From Rhina ancylostomus (taxonomy: Eukaryota), in NCBI GenBank assembly GCA_030265395.1, contig JARFYF010000061.1, positions 15,183,197 through 15,247,196 of the forward strand: a stretch of 64,000 nucleotides of DNA. The letters are read 5' to 3'. Below the pieces are notes generated by a model that worked only from the letters and a program-made list of their open reading frames with translations, made no database searches and was not told the origin of the DNA. Position 1 is the first letter of the stretch. Every line of letters begins with the position of its first letter. Below, one piece after another: positions 1 through 12,370 of this stretch. The position numbers were made by a program, and so were the translations under genes.

Positions 1-369
1 TGTTGATCTAATTCACACTGATACACACTTCCTAATTCCTCTGGCTTTGTTGACCTATAATGCATTTAGCCACCACAATGCCTTAAATGTTATATTCCCT
101 AATTTATGTTTAAAACCTTTCAAGGTCTTACTCCTTTACATCTTTATAACTTTATATAAAGTGACAACTCTCTCCTCATCTAATTCCAGCCTTTTTGAAC
201 ATCCTCTCACACCTATGCTCTATTTAGACCCCTTGTTTATTAGTGAAAATCCTTTGATATTCTATGCCTCCCTCTCCCCATTTACAGCCTCACTAGAACC
301 TATCTAAAAGTTCATGAACTACCTCAATGCCAAATGTAATTTTACTTGAATGAGACATACAGAAGAATT

Positions 370-610
370 AAAGGGTATGGAAGAAAAGATTTTCTACCCA
401 GAGGGTGGCTGGAATCTTGAACAGGTTGCCTGAGAAGGTGGCAGAGGTAAGTATTCTCACAACATTTAAAGAGTACCTGGACGAGCACATGAATCGCAAA
501 GGCATTGAAGGGAATGGACCAAGTGCCTGTAAATGGGGTATGTATAGAAGGGTGCACAATGGTTGACCCAGAGGGGCCTGTTTCTGTGCTGTATGTCTCT
601 AATATGATGC
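370..610 (+). mobile_element. CR1/HER1-like LINE 3' end fragment
   Basis: Typical CR1 3' sequence (ttttctacccagagggtgg..tggaa..gctgcc..gaggtgg..acatttaaaga..acctggac) ending in gggcctgtttctgtgctgtatgtctcta; similar to 19320-19520. Boundaries approximate. Confidence 0.75.
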
Positions 611-689
611 TTTGCATATAATGATCACCCTGATACAATGAACTGGAAACACCAGTTTATTCTGAAATGATATTTATCACTATTGAGGC

Positions 690-1035
690 ACAATAGAGAG
701 ATACAGCATGGAAACAAGCCCTTTGGCCCATCGAGTCCATGCCAAATGTAAGCCACCCATTTGCACTTTTCCTATATTAATCCCATTCTTTCATTGTCTC
801 TACATTCTTGTCAGCTTCCCCAACATTTTACAACTCATCTACACACAAGTGGCAAATTACAGTGGCCAATTAACCAACCAACCCACATGTCTTTGGGGTG
901 TGGGAGGAAACAGGAATACCCAGAGGATACCCATGCAGTCACAGGGAGAATGTGCAAACTCCACAGAGATAGCACCCAAGTTCGAGGTTGAACCCAGGTC
1001 TCTGGCACTATGAGGCACTACTGTGATGTAGCCAT
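690..1035 (-). mobile_element. tRNA-derived V-SINE (HE1-like) with CR1-type 3' tail
   Basis: Reverse complement of the V-domain (tgtgggaggaaac..g..accc..aggat) at ~900-930, tRNA B-box-like ttgaacccagg at ~989, and a CR1 tail (acagcatggaaacaagccctttggccca) at ~703; similar copy at 21170-21500. Confidence 0.75.
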
Positions 1036-2998
1036 GTGTTATACATTTCAAGTTTTATTGGAAATTACAGACTCAGTGTGCACTTTTATTTACCAGTATG
1101 TACGGATCTACCTGAGAAGAGACTGTGCTGGTAATTTTCATGATTAATTGGTTGGAATGGAGCCATATCTGTACAGAGCAACAACATCATTTGTAGCAAT
1201 TCCCCATTCAAGGACAATCGGTACCATGGTTCACCAATGGATCTTGTGGTGAGTCAGTAAACCAGTCCTGACCCACAGATCCATCAACATGGAGATGATT
1301 CCATGCAAGAGAGTTGCATACTAGCCCTTCTGAATTATTTAGCCAGGCAATGTTGAGTTATCAGATGCTACCATGCTCTCTTAGTATTTCCCTTCAAAGC
1401 AGTAGGCTTCAGCTTTGAGATCAGTTGGTTGCCAGTTCACAATATTTTCTTCAGATATGTCTTTGTAGCAATTTTTTTGAACTCCACGGGATTTCTGGCA
1501 TGCCTGGTATGAACCATACAGTCATGTTATTTTGCGATATACATCTAATATTGGGAGCAGCAGAACACAACTTGGAGTGGGAAACAACTGTGTTACTTAC
1601 ACCCTGGAGCCAGGAGAGAGCCTTACACCTACAGGCTTTCATTGTGATATCCAAAGTAACTTTGAACTGCTGCTGAGTAAAAAAGTCTCACAAGCCATGC
1701 TTAGCTTTTATTCTTTAGCTTAATTAAGGTTAATCTATAACAACTGGAAACAACTGGGAAACTTCACCCCCACTAACAAATCTGGTGGAAATATACCCTT
1801 AATATTGGGTTGAATTTAGCATGGTGCAGAATGAATTGGACCCATTAAAATGTGAAACTGGGATAGATAATTATTGAAATGTAATGGTGTTTATTTGGGT
1901 GCTACATAATGAATTGCAATAAGCACAATTGCATGAGTGAATCAATTGTACAACATCTGAAAAACTCGTCCCTACTGTGGCAAGTTGTTATTAATATCTA
2001 TTAACCAAGACTATTATTTATGTTACATTGTAACCACATCTCATCTTGTCAACTATTTAGATTTTATTTTTAAAAGTGGACATTGAAGACAAAGACTAAC
2101 AATAAACCATCTTCATATGTTAAGTTTTTAATTGATTGGGAGTCATGCTTGGAATTTTGATGGAGAAATAATTGTGAGCTATTCTGCCAAAAGAACCTGC
2201 TAAGATTGCTTCTCTTATCACCAACAAATTACCATCAAAGACTTCTTTCAACAGGTTGGATCATACACGACCTGGCCCACACCTCGCATTCACTGCCTGT
2301 GTGGCTCCCACGCTGACACTCACCTTTCATTGCCCTGCAGATTGGAGGCTTTGCCACAGCAGCTACCCCAGGGAGTGGAGCAGCATGGTCAGAGAAGCAG
2401 CTTGGCCTCAGGTGACTGAACCTGGGGCCTTGTCCCAGATCCCCTAATGGTCTTTGAACAGCATAGGTTGTGAAAGGCCTTTTCACTTATTTCCAAATGT
2501 CCCTGATATATAAAGCAAGTAGGAAAGAAATATGTAACTGAAAGAATCACAGTCAAAATGAGGCCTTAACATTAATCACCTCAGTCTGTGGTTTAGGTTC
2601 ATTAATTTATTAAATGTGTTTGTCTTGGCATAAGGAGCAGAAATGAAAACATTTCTTGGATCCTTCAATTCCTTGGATTCATTAATGGTTTAAGAATGAA
2701 TTTAATTTACTTTTGTTAATGTTTGAATATCTTTGTTGCAGTAAAACAATTGTACTGAGGAAGGCACAATCAGAAATGTTTATCCTACAGATAAAGGAGT
2801 CCCTGATACCTTCTTGGAACTTATTATATTTTTAATGCAGATATACATGACATAACCACAACTAGTAACAACAAACACACAGTGGTTGTGATGTCAGAGA
2901 GAGAGGAATTATCAGACCAGTGATGTCATGGTCCCACCCACTTCAGGACACTTCACATGTATAACGATGTATAACGTGCATGTTTATCATGCCCTTTC

Positions 2999-3214
2999 AA
3001 AAGCAGTCAACTTCAAATTTAGTGCACAGCCCTTTGATGAAAGCTATAGTACTTGGNNNNNNNNNNNNNNNNNNNNNNNNNNNNNNNNNNNNNNNNNNNN
3101 NNNNNNNNNNNNNNNNNNNNNNNNNNNNNNNNNNNNNNNNNNNNNNNNNNNNNNNNAAAAGCAGTCAACTTCAAATTTAGTGCACATCCCTTTGATGAAA
3201 GCTATAGTACTTGG
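2999..3214. other. Assembly gap flanked by an uncollapsed ~58 bp overlap
   Basis: aaaagcagtcaacttcaaatttagtgcaca..gaaagctatagtacttgg occurs just before (2999-3056) and just after (3157-3214) the 100-N gap with about one mismatch. Confidence 0.85.
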
Positions 3215-3289
3215 AATAAACACTGACAGTAACCAAATTTTCTGACAGAATGGAAATGACTGAAGTTACTTTCTCAAAGCACTGCAGCC

Positions 3290-3815
3290 ATTGTAGCAAA
3301 TCTGCTCCTATAGTGCCGTTGTGCAGCGACTTCCAGGATTTAGGTCAGTGATGACAGTAGAACAATATATTTCCAAGTTAACATGGTGTTCAGCTTGACG
3401 GTTTGCAGCTGACGGGGTTCACATACAGATGGCACCCTTGTATTTCTAAGCAATGGAGATTGCGGGTTTATGAGGTATTGAAAAGAAGTCTTGATGTGCG
3501 ACTGTCATGTATTTTGTAGCAGATAAATACAGCATCCATGGTGTGCTGATGGCAGAGGGTAGATCTGGTAAATATTTTGAATATATGGTAAATATTTAGA
3601 ATGATGAAGAAGTGTAATTGTGAGCAGGCTGCTTGGTCCTGCATGGTGTTGAGATCATTGAATGGTAGGAATGCACTCAACAAGAAGGGGGAGAATATTG
3701 CATCACACTCCCACTTGTGCTGTATGGATGGCAGAAAATTTTTGAGGCTGTGGTGGGATGAGGTACTGGGGGGTGGGTGTAAATGTTCAGTCACTTGCTG
3801 TAGGACACCCAACAC
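3290..3815 (-). mobile_element. Decayed non-LTR retrotransposon (CR1/L2-clade LINE) fragment
   Basis: Resembles the reverse strand of the abundant chondrichthyan LINE 3' region; no intact ORF. Recognition only. Confidence 0.5.
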
Positions 3816-4229
3816 AATGGTGTCCTGCTCTCGTTTAACACCCTTTTCCTTCAGTTACATCAGCGACCCGAGTTACAGCAGTTTGTCTAACAGAAATTCA
3901 TCCTTGCACAATTCACGACCAAAAAAATCTGAGATACAGAATAAAAATTTGCAATCAGGAAATTTATGTGAAATAAATAAAATTCATTTTTGCTTCAATT
4001 TGTTTTTCTTGAAGCATGCACAGATAATGTCACTTTGCATTGTGGAAAATCATGATACAGATGGTTTTCTAGGAACTTAACCCACCACCCCCAAACACAG
4101 GGGCCACCAGCATACCATGGATGCTNNNNNNNNNNNNNNNNNNNNNNNNNNNNNNNNNNNNNNNNNNNNNNNNNNNNNNNNNNNNNNNNNNNNNNNNNNN
4201 NNNNNNNNNNNNNNNNNNNNNNNNNTGTA

Positions 4230-5225
4230 TTTATCTGCTGCAAAATTTCTGTTGCTTTTTCATTGTTTATCACCACTGAGTTACATTGCACCTGATGGCT
4301 GGCCCAGTTACATTTTTGGCTAATGGGAACTCTTCAGGATGTTGATGTAGGGGACCCAGCACTGATAATGTCATTGAATGACAAGGGTAAGTGGTTAGAG
4401 TGTCTTTTGTTGAAGATGATCATGGTCTGGCATTTATTTGGCTCAAGCATTACTTACTGTTTAGCTATCTATCCCTACATGCCAACTAAGTCTTGCTGCA
4501 TGCAGGCATGGACTGCTTTGTTATCTCAGCTGTGAATGGACTTGAATATTGAATAGGGCAGGCACAGTAGTGTAGCGGTTAGCATAATGCTTTACAGTAC
4601 CAGTGACCCAGGTTCAATTCCACTGTCTGTAAGGAGTTTGTATGTTCTCCCCATGTCTGCGTGGATTTCCTCCGGGTGCTCTGGTTTCCTCCCACATTCC
4701 AAAAGGTGTGCAGGTTAGGAAGTTGTGGGCGTGCTACATTGGTGCCAGAAGCATAGCGACACTTGCAGGCTGCTCCCAGAACACTCTATGCAAAAGGTGC
4801 ATTTCACTGTGTGTTTCACTGTACATATGACTAATAAAGATATCTTTTCTTAAAGATGATCTTTAGTGATGGTGTCCACATTAGACTTATGAAAAAAGGA
4901 AGGTCATTAAAGAAGCAGTTAAAGGCGGTTGGCCCTACAACATGCTCTAGAGGAACTGGGGCCGAGATTGTTGACCTCTAACAACCATAGCCTTTGTGCT
5001 AAATACGACTCCAGCCAGTAGAGAGTTTTAGCCCAATTGCCATTGACTTCAGCTTTACCAGGGTTCCTTGATACCATACCTGATCGAATCCAGCCTGGAT
5101 GTCAAAGGCTGTCAATCTCAACTCTGGAAAACAAGTCTTTTGTTCATGTTTCGATCAGGCATGTAATGAGATCTGAAGCCGGATCATTCTAGCAAAATAC
5201 AAACTGAACATTGGTAAGCAGGTTA
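4230..5225 (-). mobile_element. Decayed LINE reverse-transcriptase region, interrupted by a SINE at 4557-4850
   Basis: Minus strand retains RT-like remnants around gatcgaatccagcctggatgtcaaaggc and agaggaactggggccgag; LINE-like sequence resumes on both sides of the SINE. Confidence 0.55.
4557..4850 (+). mobile_element. tRNA-derived V-SINE (HE1-like)
   Basis: tRNA-like head with A box (gtagtgtagcggttagc) and B box (ggttcaattcc), V-domain ctccgggtgctctggtttcctcccaca, and 3' tail cactgtgtgtttcactgtacatatgactaataaaga shared with 5860-6065 and 17374-17630. Confidence 0.85.
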
Positions 5226-5229
5226 ACGG

Positions 5230-5663
5230 AACAACACAGCAACAGACCCTTTGGCCCACCATGATTGTGTTGACAATAATGCCAACCTAACTAATTCAGC
5301 TGTACGCACCTGGTCCATATCCCTCTATTCCTTGCCTGTTTGTGTGCCTGTCTATGTGCATCTTAAACATTGCTATTGTTTCTGCTTCTCCCACCCCCCT
5401 GACAGCATGTTATAGGCACCCACCATTCTGTCTAAACAAATTTGCCTTGCACATCTCCTTTAAACTTTTACCTCATCTCACTTTAAGGTGCCCTCTAATA
5501 TTTGGTATTTGCACCCCGAGGAAAAAGACTGACTACCTACCTTATCTATGCCTCTCATAATTAAAAAAAATACTTCAATCAGATCACCCCTCAGCCTCCA
5601 ATGCTCCAGAGAAAACAATCCAAGTTTGTCCAACATCCCCTTACAGATAATACACTCCAATCC
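5230..5663 (-). mobile_element. CR1/HER1-like LINE 3' fragment
   Basis: Minus ORF 5478-5660 gives LDKLGLFSLEHWRLRGDLIEVF, the conserved CR1 ORF2 C-terminal motif; CR1 tail near 5230-5270. Confidence 0.85.
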
Positions 5664-5763
5664 NNNNNNNNNNNNNNNNNNNNNNNNNNNNNNNNNNNNN
5701 NNNNNNNNNNNNNNNNNNNNNNNNNNNNNNNNNNNNNNNNNNNNNNNNNNNNNNNNNNNNNNN

Positions 5764-6110
5764 CGACCTCCTTATTCTGGCTTCTGCCCTCTTCCTTTCC
5801 AGCCCTGATGAAGGTTCTCGACCCAAAATGTTCACTGTTTAGAAAAGAAAAAAAAGAAAAGATCTCTTTATTAGTCACATGTACATCGAAACACAGAGTG
5901 AAATTCACCTTCTGCATGGAGTGTTCTGCAGGCAGCCCACAAGTGTCGCCACACTTCCGGTGCCAACATGGCATGCCCACAGCTTCCTAACCTGTATGTC
6001 TTTGGAACGTAGGAGGAAACCAGAGCACTTGGAGGAAACCCACGCAAACACATGGGGAGAACATGTAGATGCTGCCTGACCTGCCAAGGTACTCCAGCAT
6101 TTTGTGCGTG
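5764..6110 (+). mobile_element. Penelope-like terminal repeat with decayed hammerhead motif, interrupted by a SINE
   Basis: ctgatgaaggttctcgacccaaaatgtt at 5805-5832; after the inserted SINE the repeat resumes with agatgctgcctgacctgc..ctccagcattttg (6067-6105). Confidence 0.65.
5860..6065 (-). mobile_element. V-SINE (HE1-like), 5'-truncated
   Basis: Reverse-complement homologue of ~4640-4850 (V-domain ggaggaaaccagagcacttggaggaaaccc; tail tttattagtcacatgtacatcgaaacacag). Confidence 0.85.
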
Positions 6111-6569
6111 TTGTCCGAGAGCGAACGTTGTATATTCATTTCAAGAAGGCTTTGGAATTATTCCCTCGGTCTGCCTGATAATCTCTTCCTGTGACAGAGC
6201 TTGGAATAGGAGCGTTAGGGGTCTGGTTTCAAGCATGCGAAAGATGTTCCCTGCCTGATGGAGCTGATTCAGTGTAATTGAAGATTCAGTGCTGGGAAGA
6301 ATGGTCTGGGACACTGTTGTGGGTGTGACTATCCTTTAAATGCATTTGATTGACTTCGTGGAGGTGGTGTTGCTGGTATTTTTTCCAATGCCTGCCTGGA
6401 GTCTCAGTCTCAGACCATGTAGGAGGGCAGGGATCACTGGCTGTTATCCTTCTCACTGTTTTTTTTATTTGTACAATCTGGCCTTCTGGGCACGTTCCCA
6501 CAGCCCTGCCATTAACTGTAATTACAGAGACTAAGAAACTTAATGTGCTTATAATTGTACTAATTAACC

Positions 6570-6760
6570 CACTTGGTATTGCCCTCCCAAGAATATTCCC
6601 TTTTTTCTACCCATCCCTCCCCGACCTTCTGTCCTAACTTGTTTTTATCTCTTTCCCAATTCTGACCTTTTCCTGGACCTGTACTGCTAACTACTTCTCT
6701 TTCCACAGATGCAATCTGATTTGCTGAGTGTTTCCAGCATTTTCTGTTTTTATTTCAGGG
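6570..6760 (+). mobile_element. Penelope-like terminal repeat remnant
   Basis: ttccacagatgcaatctgatttgctgagtgtttccagcattttctgtttttatttcag, same family as 10370-10520 and 19540-19740. Confidence 0.6.
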
Positions 6761-9382
6761 ATTACTGCTGCCTGGATAAGCATGGGTTTTGTACCAGGTC
6801 TGAGGTCCTGATCTTCAAACATCCTTTTCCTCGTGGCACATTGAAGACACTATACCTTCCATCATTGATGTCTGCCTTCACTGAGAGGTGGCTCCTGAGG
6901 TATGAGAAGTGTTCCTGTTTTCCAGGGTTTCACCGTGAACCTCTAATGTCAAAGGACAACAGCAGGGGCAGGTTGTACAACAGGAAGATCTTTGCTTTGT
7001 AGGTGTTGAGTAAAAGGCCCATCATCTGGTATTTTTAATTTTATGAGTTAATGATAGCTTGGAGTAATCAAGACACGCAAACGTGCATAAATTCTAAGAC
7101 TGAGGTGACCTTTATTCTGGAGTGTAAAAGCCATTGGTTGAATAGCATCCTTTCCATTATGAAGATTTGTTGGAGGTGGGCACATCCATCCCAGCATGGA
7201 GTGCAAGATCAAGGAGGGGCAAAGTCTGGCTTGGCAGCAGACCAGCTCATTTCTATGGCCCAGAGAAGCCCTCCTGCTGTTCTTCATCTCATCACAAAAG
7301 TAATTAAGGCTTTCTACAAACTCTTCACCTCTATCCCCAGTACAATTATCACCAGCAAATTGGTTAGATTGTCGACACAGTGGTGATTAAAGTGGCAATT
7401 AAAGCCTATATGCATTTTATGACCTTTGATTTCCGCATTGATAGAAATCTTTTGTCTAAAACAGGTAGCGTTTTGGACATCCAGTGATGCAGCCTTATTA
7501 AGATGGCAGTGTCCATTGGAATAGTGAGATTACCAATCCCATTTTGTGGCCATTACTGTTTCATGTTTGTTTATAACAGAAAGTTATAATTGGCCATATT
7601 AAGTGTAGAACATCTATCAAATTTGAATATTATTAACTAATAGCATAATATCAAAAATACATTGAGCTCAAAAGGCATTTACATAAAACAGGACAGAAGA
7701 TAAATTCTGAAAGCAAGTAAAAATGAACAAGTGAGTGGTGGAAAAAAAAATCAAAATCAATACAAATTTCTAAAGCACAATTGTTGTATCTTACTATTGC
7801 TTGAGGACAAAAGACAGATAGGATTTTTTATATTTGTCTATGGCAAAGGAATGGCATGGTGCACAAAGTAAGGGAGAACAGAAGACAAAAAAGCTCAGTT
7901 AACTGAGCAGTCTCACTGAGAAAAAGAAACCACAATAGTGCATAAAAAGTGCACAGAAATGGAAGAGAGAACTAGGAACAGAAAATAAATGCAAATAAAA
8001 ATAAATTAAATGAAAATCTAAGCAGGTAAATCAATGGATAAAAAGCAGCTATTGATCAATGTTGAATTTGCTGAGTCAAAACCACTGAATTCACATTCAT
8101 GTATATCGGAGACCATTAGAGATAATCAACCAGGGACAGTTAAAGAAGTAAAATTTTAAAGAGGGGGGAAAGCAGTTTAATGAATCATTTTCCTTTTTCA
8201 TTAGTATAATAGATCTGAAGATGAAAGTCTCAACAAAATTCTTTTGTGCATGCATGTGCCAATTATGGAAACCAGCTGGGAAAATTATTCCACACTGAAT
8301 GAAGTAATTATCTTATTTGTACTGAATTTAATTGTAGTTCTGGGCAAAGGTAATGCTTTATTAGAAAGCTCCAATTTAATTTCATGAATAAATTCTAGCC
8401 TTAGTCTTACCCTTGACAATTCTTCAATAGTTAAATATGTTGAAAGCAGATGATTACATATAGTTATAGCGTCAATGTGAGACTTCTAGGACAGATGGAA
8501 GAATGAAAACTGAAGAGCCAGTACTGTATCATTCTTTGCCATTACAGTGCAGAACGTATGAATTTTTAGGTACATGAATAAACCAATTGTCTTAGCTACC
8601 ATTTTGAACAGAGCTATTCCACATATCTGCATGGGACAAAACTTCTGCTATGTATTTGGTGCCTTCTCCTTTATTTAGGCAATCACTTGGCATCGAGAAT
8701 GACATGTTTCCATTCCATTTCTGAGATGGCTGAAGAGTCCTTTAAGAACCTGGTTGGTGCAAAGACACGATCTTGCTAAATTCTAGTCATCTTTGGGTTT
8801 GGATTTGTAATGGACTATTGTTTAGAATCACAACTTGCATGTCATGACATAGGAAATATAGCCAAGTGATGCATTTTTGAGGACAGACAGCCAAATTTGA
8901 GAAAAATTCTCCATTATCCCTATCAGCTGAAAGATTCAAAGGCTTTTGTGAGATCAGAAAGACTGTTAATAGTAGTTAGTGCTGTACCCTGCAATTTTTT
9001 TGGATTTATTGCACAGCGAATGTCATGACCATTCTACCTCATGATGGACAGAATCCACATTGGACACTTTGAGCTCTTCAGCCACTTAGGAGAGAGAAGA
9101 TGTGCCAGAAGTACCATGTTTTGTACTTTGTTCTGTTCCAGAGGCCTTATTGTTTTTCAACTACTGATTGGACATTTCAACCTCTTGTTGGGCTTGTATA
9201 ACAGAGATTGTTGAAGATGGTATACTGTAGAATGGACTCAAGGGCACTCACATCAAAGATAGTGCCTCCACTGATGAGTTCTTTGAAGTTCTCCCAGTGG
9301 ATGGTGGATTTTTTTTAATACTTGATAAGATCTCCTCTGTTCTTGACTCGGGGTTGGGCCTTTGAGTGTTTAGGCCATAGAT

Positions 9383-9751
9383 TGTCACAATGTTGAGCAA
9401 AGAGCAAGCTCACTTAGAATCCAAATGTGGCACACTGGTACAAGACTGGCGTCAGGATGCTTCCTCAGGACCAAGTACAGGCAGGAACTGGAAGGAATCT
9501 TGCCTCAGGGATCTGAGGAGGAGTCCCAACACAAACTGGATATCCAAAAAGGAACAGTGAAAGCAGGACTGCTCCAGAGTTGACCACTCTAAGCAGCCAA
9601 GAGCCAAAGTATACCCAAAAGTTGATCAATACTCTGGCAACTAGTGCTAGAGGACCCCAGGTACTTATGCTAGGCCCCTGATGGAATCCATGTGCTGTAC
9701 AACAAGGCATCAAAGGAGCCAAGTCGAGGGCCAGTGCTCAGAATCATGACA
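9383..9751. mobile_element. Solo-LTR-like repeat, copy 1
   Basis: Begins TGTCA (9383) and ends TGACA (9747-9751); colinear with 15087-15474. Confidence 0.65.
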
Positions 9752-10170
9752 AAAGCCTCCACATCCTTCCTGTAATGGGCTCATCAGAACTGCACACAAT
9801 ACTCCAGGTGTGATCTAACCAAAATTTTATATAACGGCAACATGACTTGCTAACTTTTACACTCAGTGCCTTGACCGATGAAGGCAAGCATGCCTTATGC
9901 ATTCTTTACCACCCTATCCACTTGTGTTGCCACTTTCAGGGAGTTATGGACTTGCACCCCAAGATCCCTCTGTACATCAGTGCTCCCAAGGATCCTGCTA
10001 TTTACTGTACATGCTCCTCTTGCATTTGACCTCCTAAAGTGCAAAAGCTCACATGCATCCAAGTTAAATTCCACCTGCCCTACCCCCCACTCAAATTTCC
10101 AACTGATCTAGATCCTATTGTACCTTTTGATAATCTGCCTCACTATCGACAACTCCACCCACTTGTGTCA
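9752..10170 (-). mobile_element. CR1 LINE ORF2 fragment
   Basis: Reverse complement of the region seen at ~18770-19080 (atgaaggcaagcatgccttatgcattctt; acacaatactccaggtgtgatctaacc). Confidence 0.8.
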
Positions 10171-10369
10171 TCGGTTACTGATGGACATCCTGCTTGATGG
10201 TAATACAAGTTGCTATCTTCCACTGTTCGGTTGAGAATAGACTAAGGGGCAGCAATAAGCTGAAATGTATGTCTCGTTTTTTGTAAACAAGATGTTCACA
10301 GGAAAAGTTTACACATGGCCTGGAAGATACCATTGTCATAGTCATGAAATTAAAAAAAAACCATATGCC

Positions 10370-10520
10370 AGAGATCTGAAATAAAACCAGAAGATGCTGG
10401 AAGCACTCAGCAGGTCAGACAGCATCTGTGGAAAGGGAAATGGAATTAACATTTCAGGTTGAAGGGTCTTTCCACAGATGCTGCTTGGCCTGCTGAGTGT
10501 TTGTAGCATTTTCTGATACA
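10370..10520. repeat. Palindromic Penelope-derived / MITE-like short repeat
   Basis: Arm tgctggaagcactcagcaggtcagacagcatctgtggaaag (~10396-10436) is inverted as ctttccacagatgctgcttggcctgctgagtgtttgtagca (~10468-10508). Confidence 0.75.
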
Positions 10521-11529
10521 ACTATAACAATAATGAAAACAGAACAGCTTGGTCAACAGCATTACCAGTCCTGAAGTACAAGACCTCAGCATAACAGATG
10601 TGATTTTGTTTGTATTGCTGTCTCATTCATTTTTTGATATCATACAGAGTACATTGAATTGGCTGATAGCTATCTTCTGTGAGGGTGGAGATCTCAGTAA
10701 GAGGATATGATATAATTGGATTACTATTCTGGTGCCCAAAGTCACAAACCAGTGATCTATTGAACGTTCATCGCTTGCATGGACATCAGATGCAATGACT
10801 ATTTGAAGGAATGGAAAACTGACATGTGATGGCAAACTATACATCTTGACAGGCCCCGAAGTCATCCCTTCATGGAATCTATATCCCACCCCTCTGGATT
10901 TTAATTCAGCTGAATGGAAACAAGTTAGCTCTCAGCTAGTGTACATCACTCTTAGTGGAAAAATACATTGCAACACCACAGAAGATTTCAGTTGTGTTAG
11001 CAAGAATTCTGACCCAGCAGCACGTGATTAATTGCCATGAGGAAATGTATTTTTTGTGCATTTTTCCATTGCTCTGGGGCATTGACGGTTGCCTTACATT
11101 TTGTTCAACTTTCATCTGTGAATTGCACAACTTTATCCCTTGTATTTCCCAGTGCAATGCTTGGATGCATTGAAGATCAAAGATATAGATTCTGTTAATA
11201 ATTCTGTGATGTGGAGAGTTATTCATTTATGTTACTTCTAGGTAATTTTTGCAACAATCTGAAAAAAAAGGATATCTTTTATCCATCAACAATTAAGTGT
11301 CCACTTTTTGGTTAGGCCTATAGTTTACTATGACTGAAAATGTGACTTTGCCTTTAAGACTATTATTTTGTTCTCCTTGTTTGTCGCTTTCAAATTCTTC
11401 AGTGTTCCACTATCAAAATCTGAAATCACTTCAGTTTTGTGATTTCTAAAGTTTACTTTATATATTAGCCTTTATTTAGGTTTCAACTGTAAAATTCATT
11501 CAATGTTGCTTCCATCATTTAAAAATGTA

Positions 11530-11800
11530 AACAGCAAGGATCAGTCATAAGGTCCCTCAAGTCTGCTCCATTTGCAAAATGTCACAGCTGATCCTCTGCC
11601 TCAAGTCACCTTTCCCCAATCCCCATACGTGGAATCTAAAAATCTATCAATTCTGGTACTGAACATGCTTAATAACTGAGCCTTTGCAGTCCTTGGGGTC
11701 AAGAATTCCAAACGTACACAACAATTTGAATGAAGACATTTCTTGTCATCAGTCCTAAATGACCCTCTTCTTCTCCCAAGACACTTAACCCTGGTTTTAG
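11530..11800 (-). mobile_element. Old CR1 3' fragment
   Basis: Degenerate reverse CR1 3' sequence (aaaaatctatcaattctgg..gagcctttgcagtccttgggg..gaattccaaac). Confidence 0.55.
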
Positions 11801-12274
11801 GGGAATACAAGGCAAAACAAAGATATCACAGTTTCAAATTCAAGATAGGTGCTGGGGACAGTTCACTTGCAACAAAATTATACTAAACTCAAACTCAGTT
11901 TAAATGCAGTCAAATCAGAAACTTGGTTCCTCAGCTGCTGGAGTAGCTATTTTCAAAGTACATCCATTCTCCCAAGCCTATTGTTGTTTCAATACAACTT
12001 TGACCTTCTTGTTATTCATGGTTACACATTAACATTTGTTAATAAAACTACCAATAAACCTATGAAAATGTAAAAATTTGACTTTCTTTCAAGAGAAAAT
12101 TTTGCAAGTAATGGTTGCACCAATGCTAAACACATGCACAAATAAATACTAAAGAAAATCATGTTATACCCTGATTATTTTAAAAAGATAAAATTGAAAA
12201 TAATTGCATATTGGAAATTAGAAGTAACGATTAGAGGGTGGATGTGGATTTTGAACCTACACCATTTTGATATA

Positions 12275-12370
12275 AAATTGCTGGAAGCACTCAGCAAATC
12301 AGGCAGCATCTGTGGAGAGAGAGAAACATAGTTAAAATTTTAGTTCAAAGACCTTTCAGTAGAATGACAA
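12275..12370 (-). mobile_element. Penelope-like terminal repeat remnant
   Basis: tgctggaagcactcagcaaatcaggcagcatctgtggagagag, same family as 10370-10520. Confidence 0.65.
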
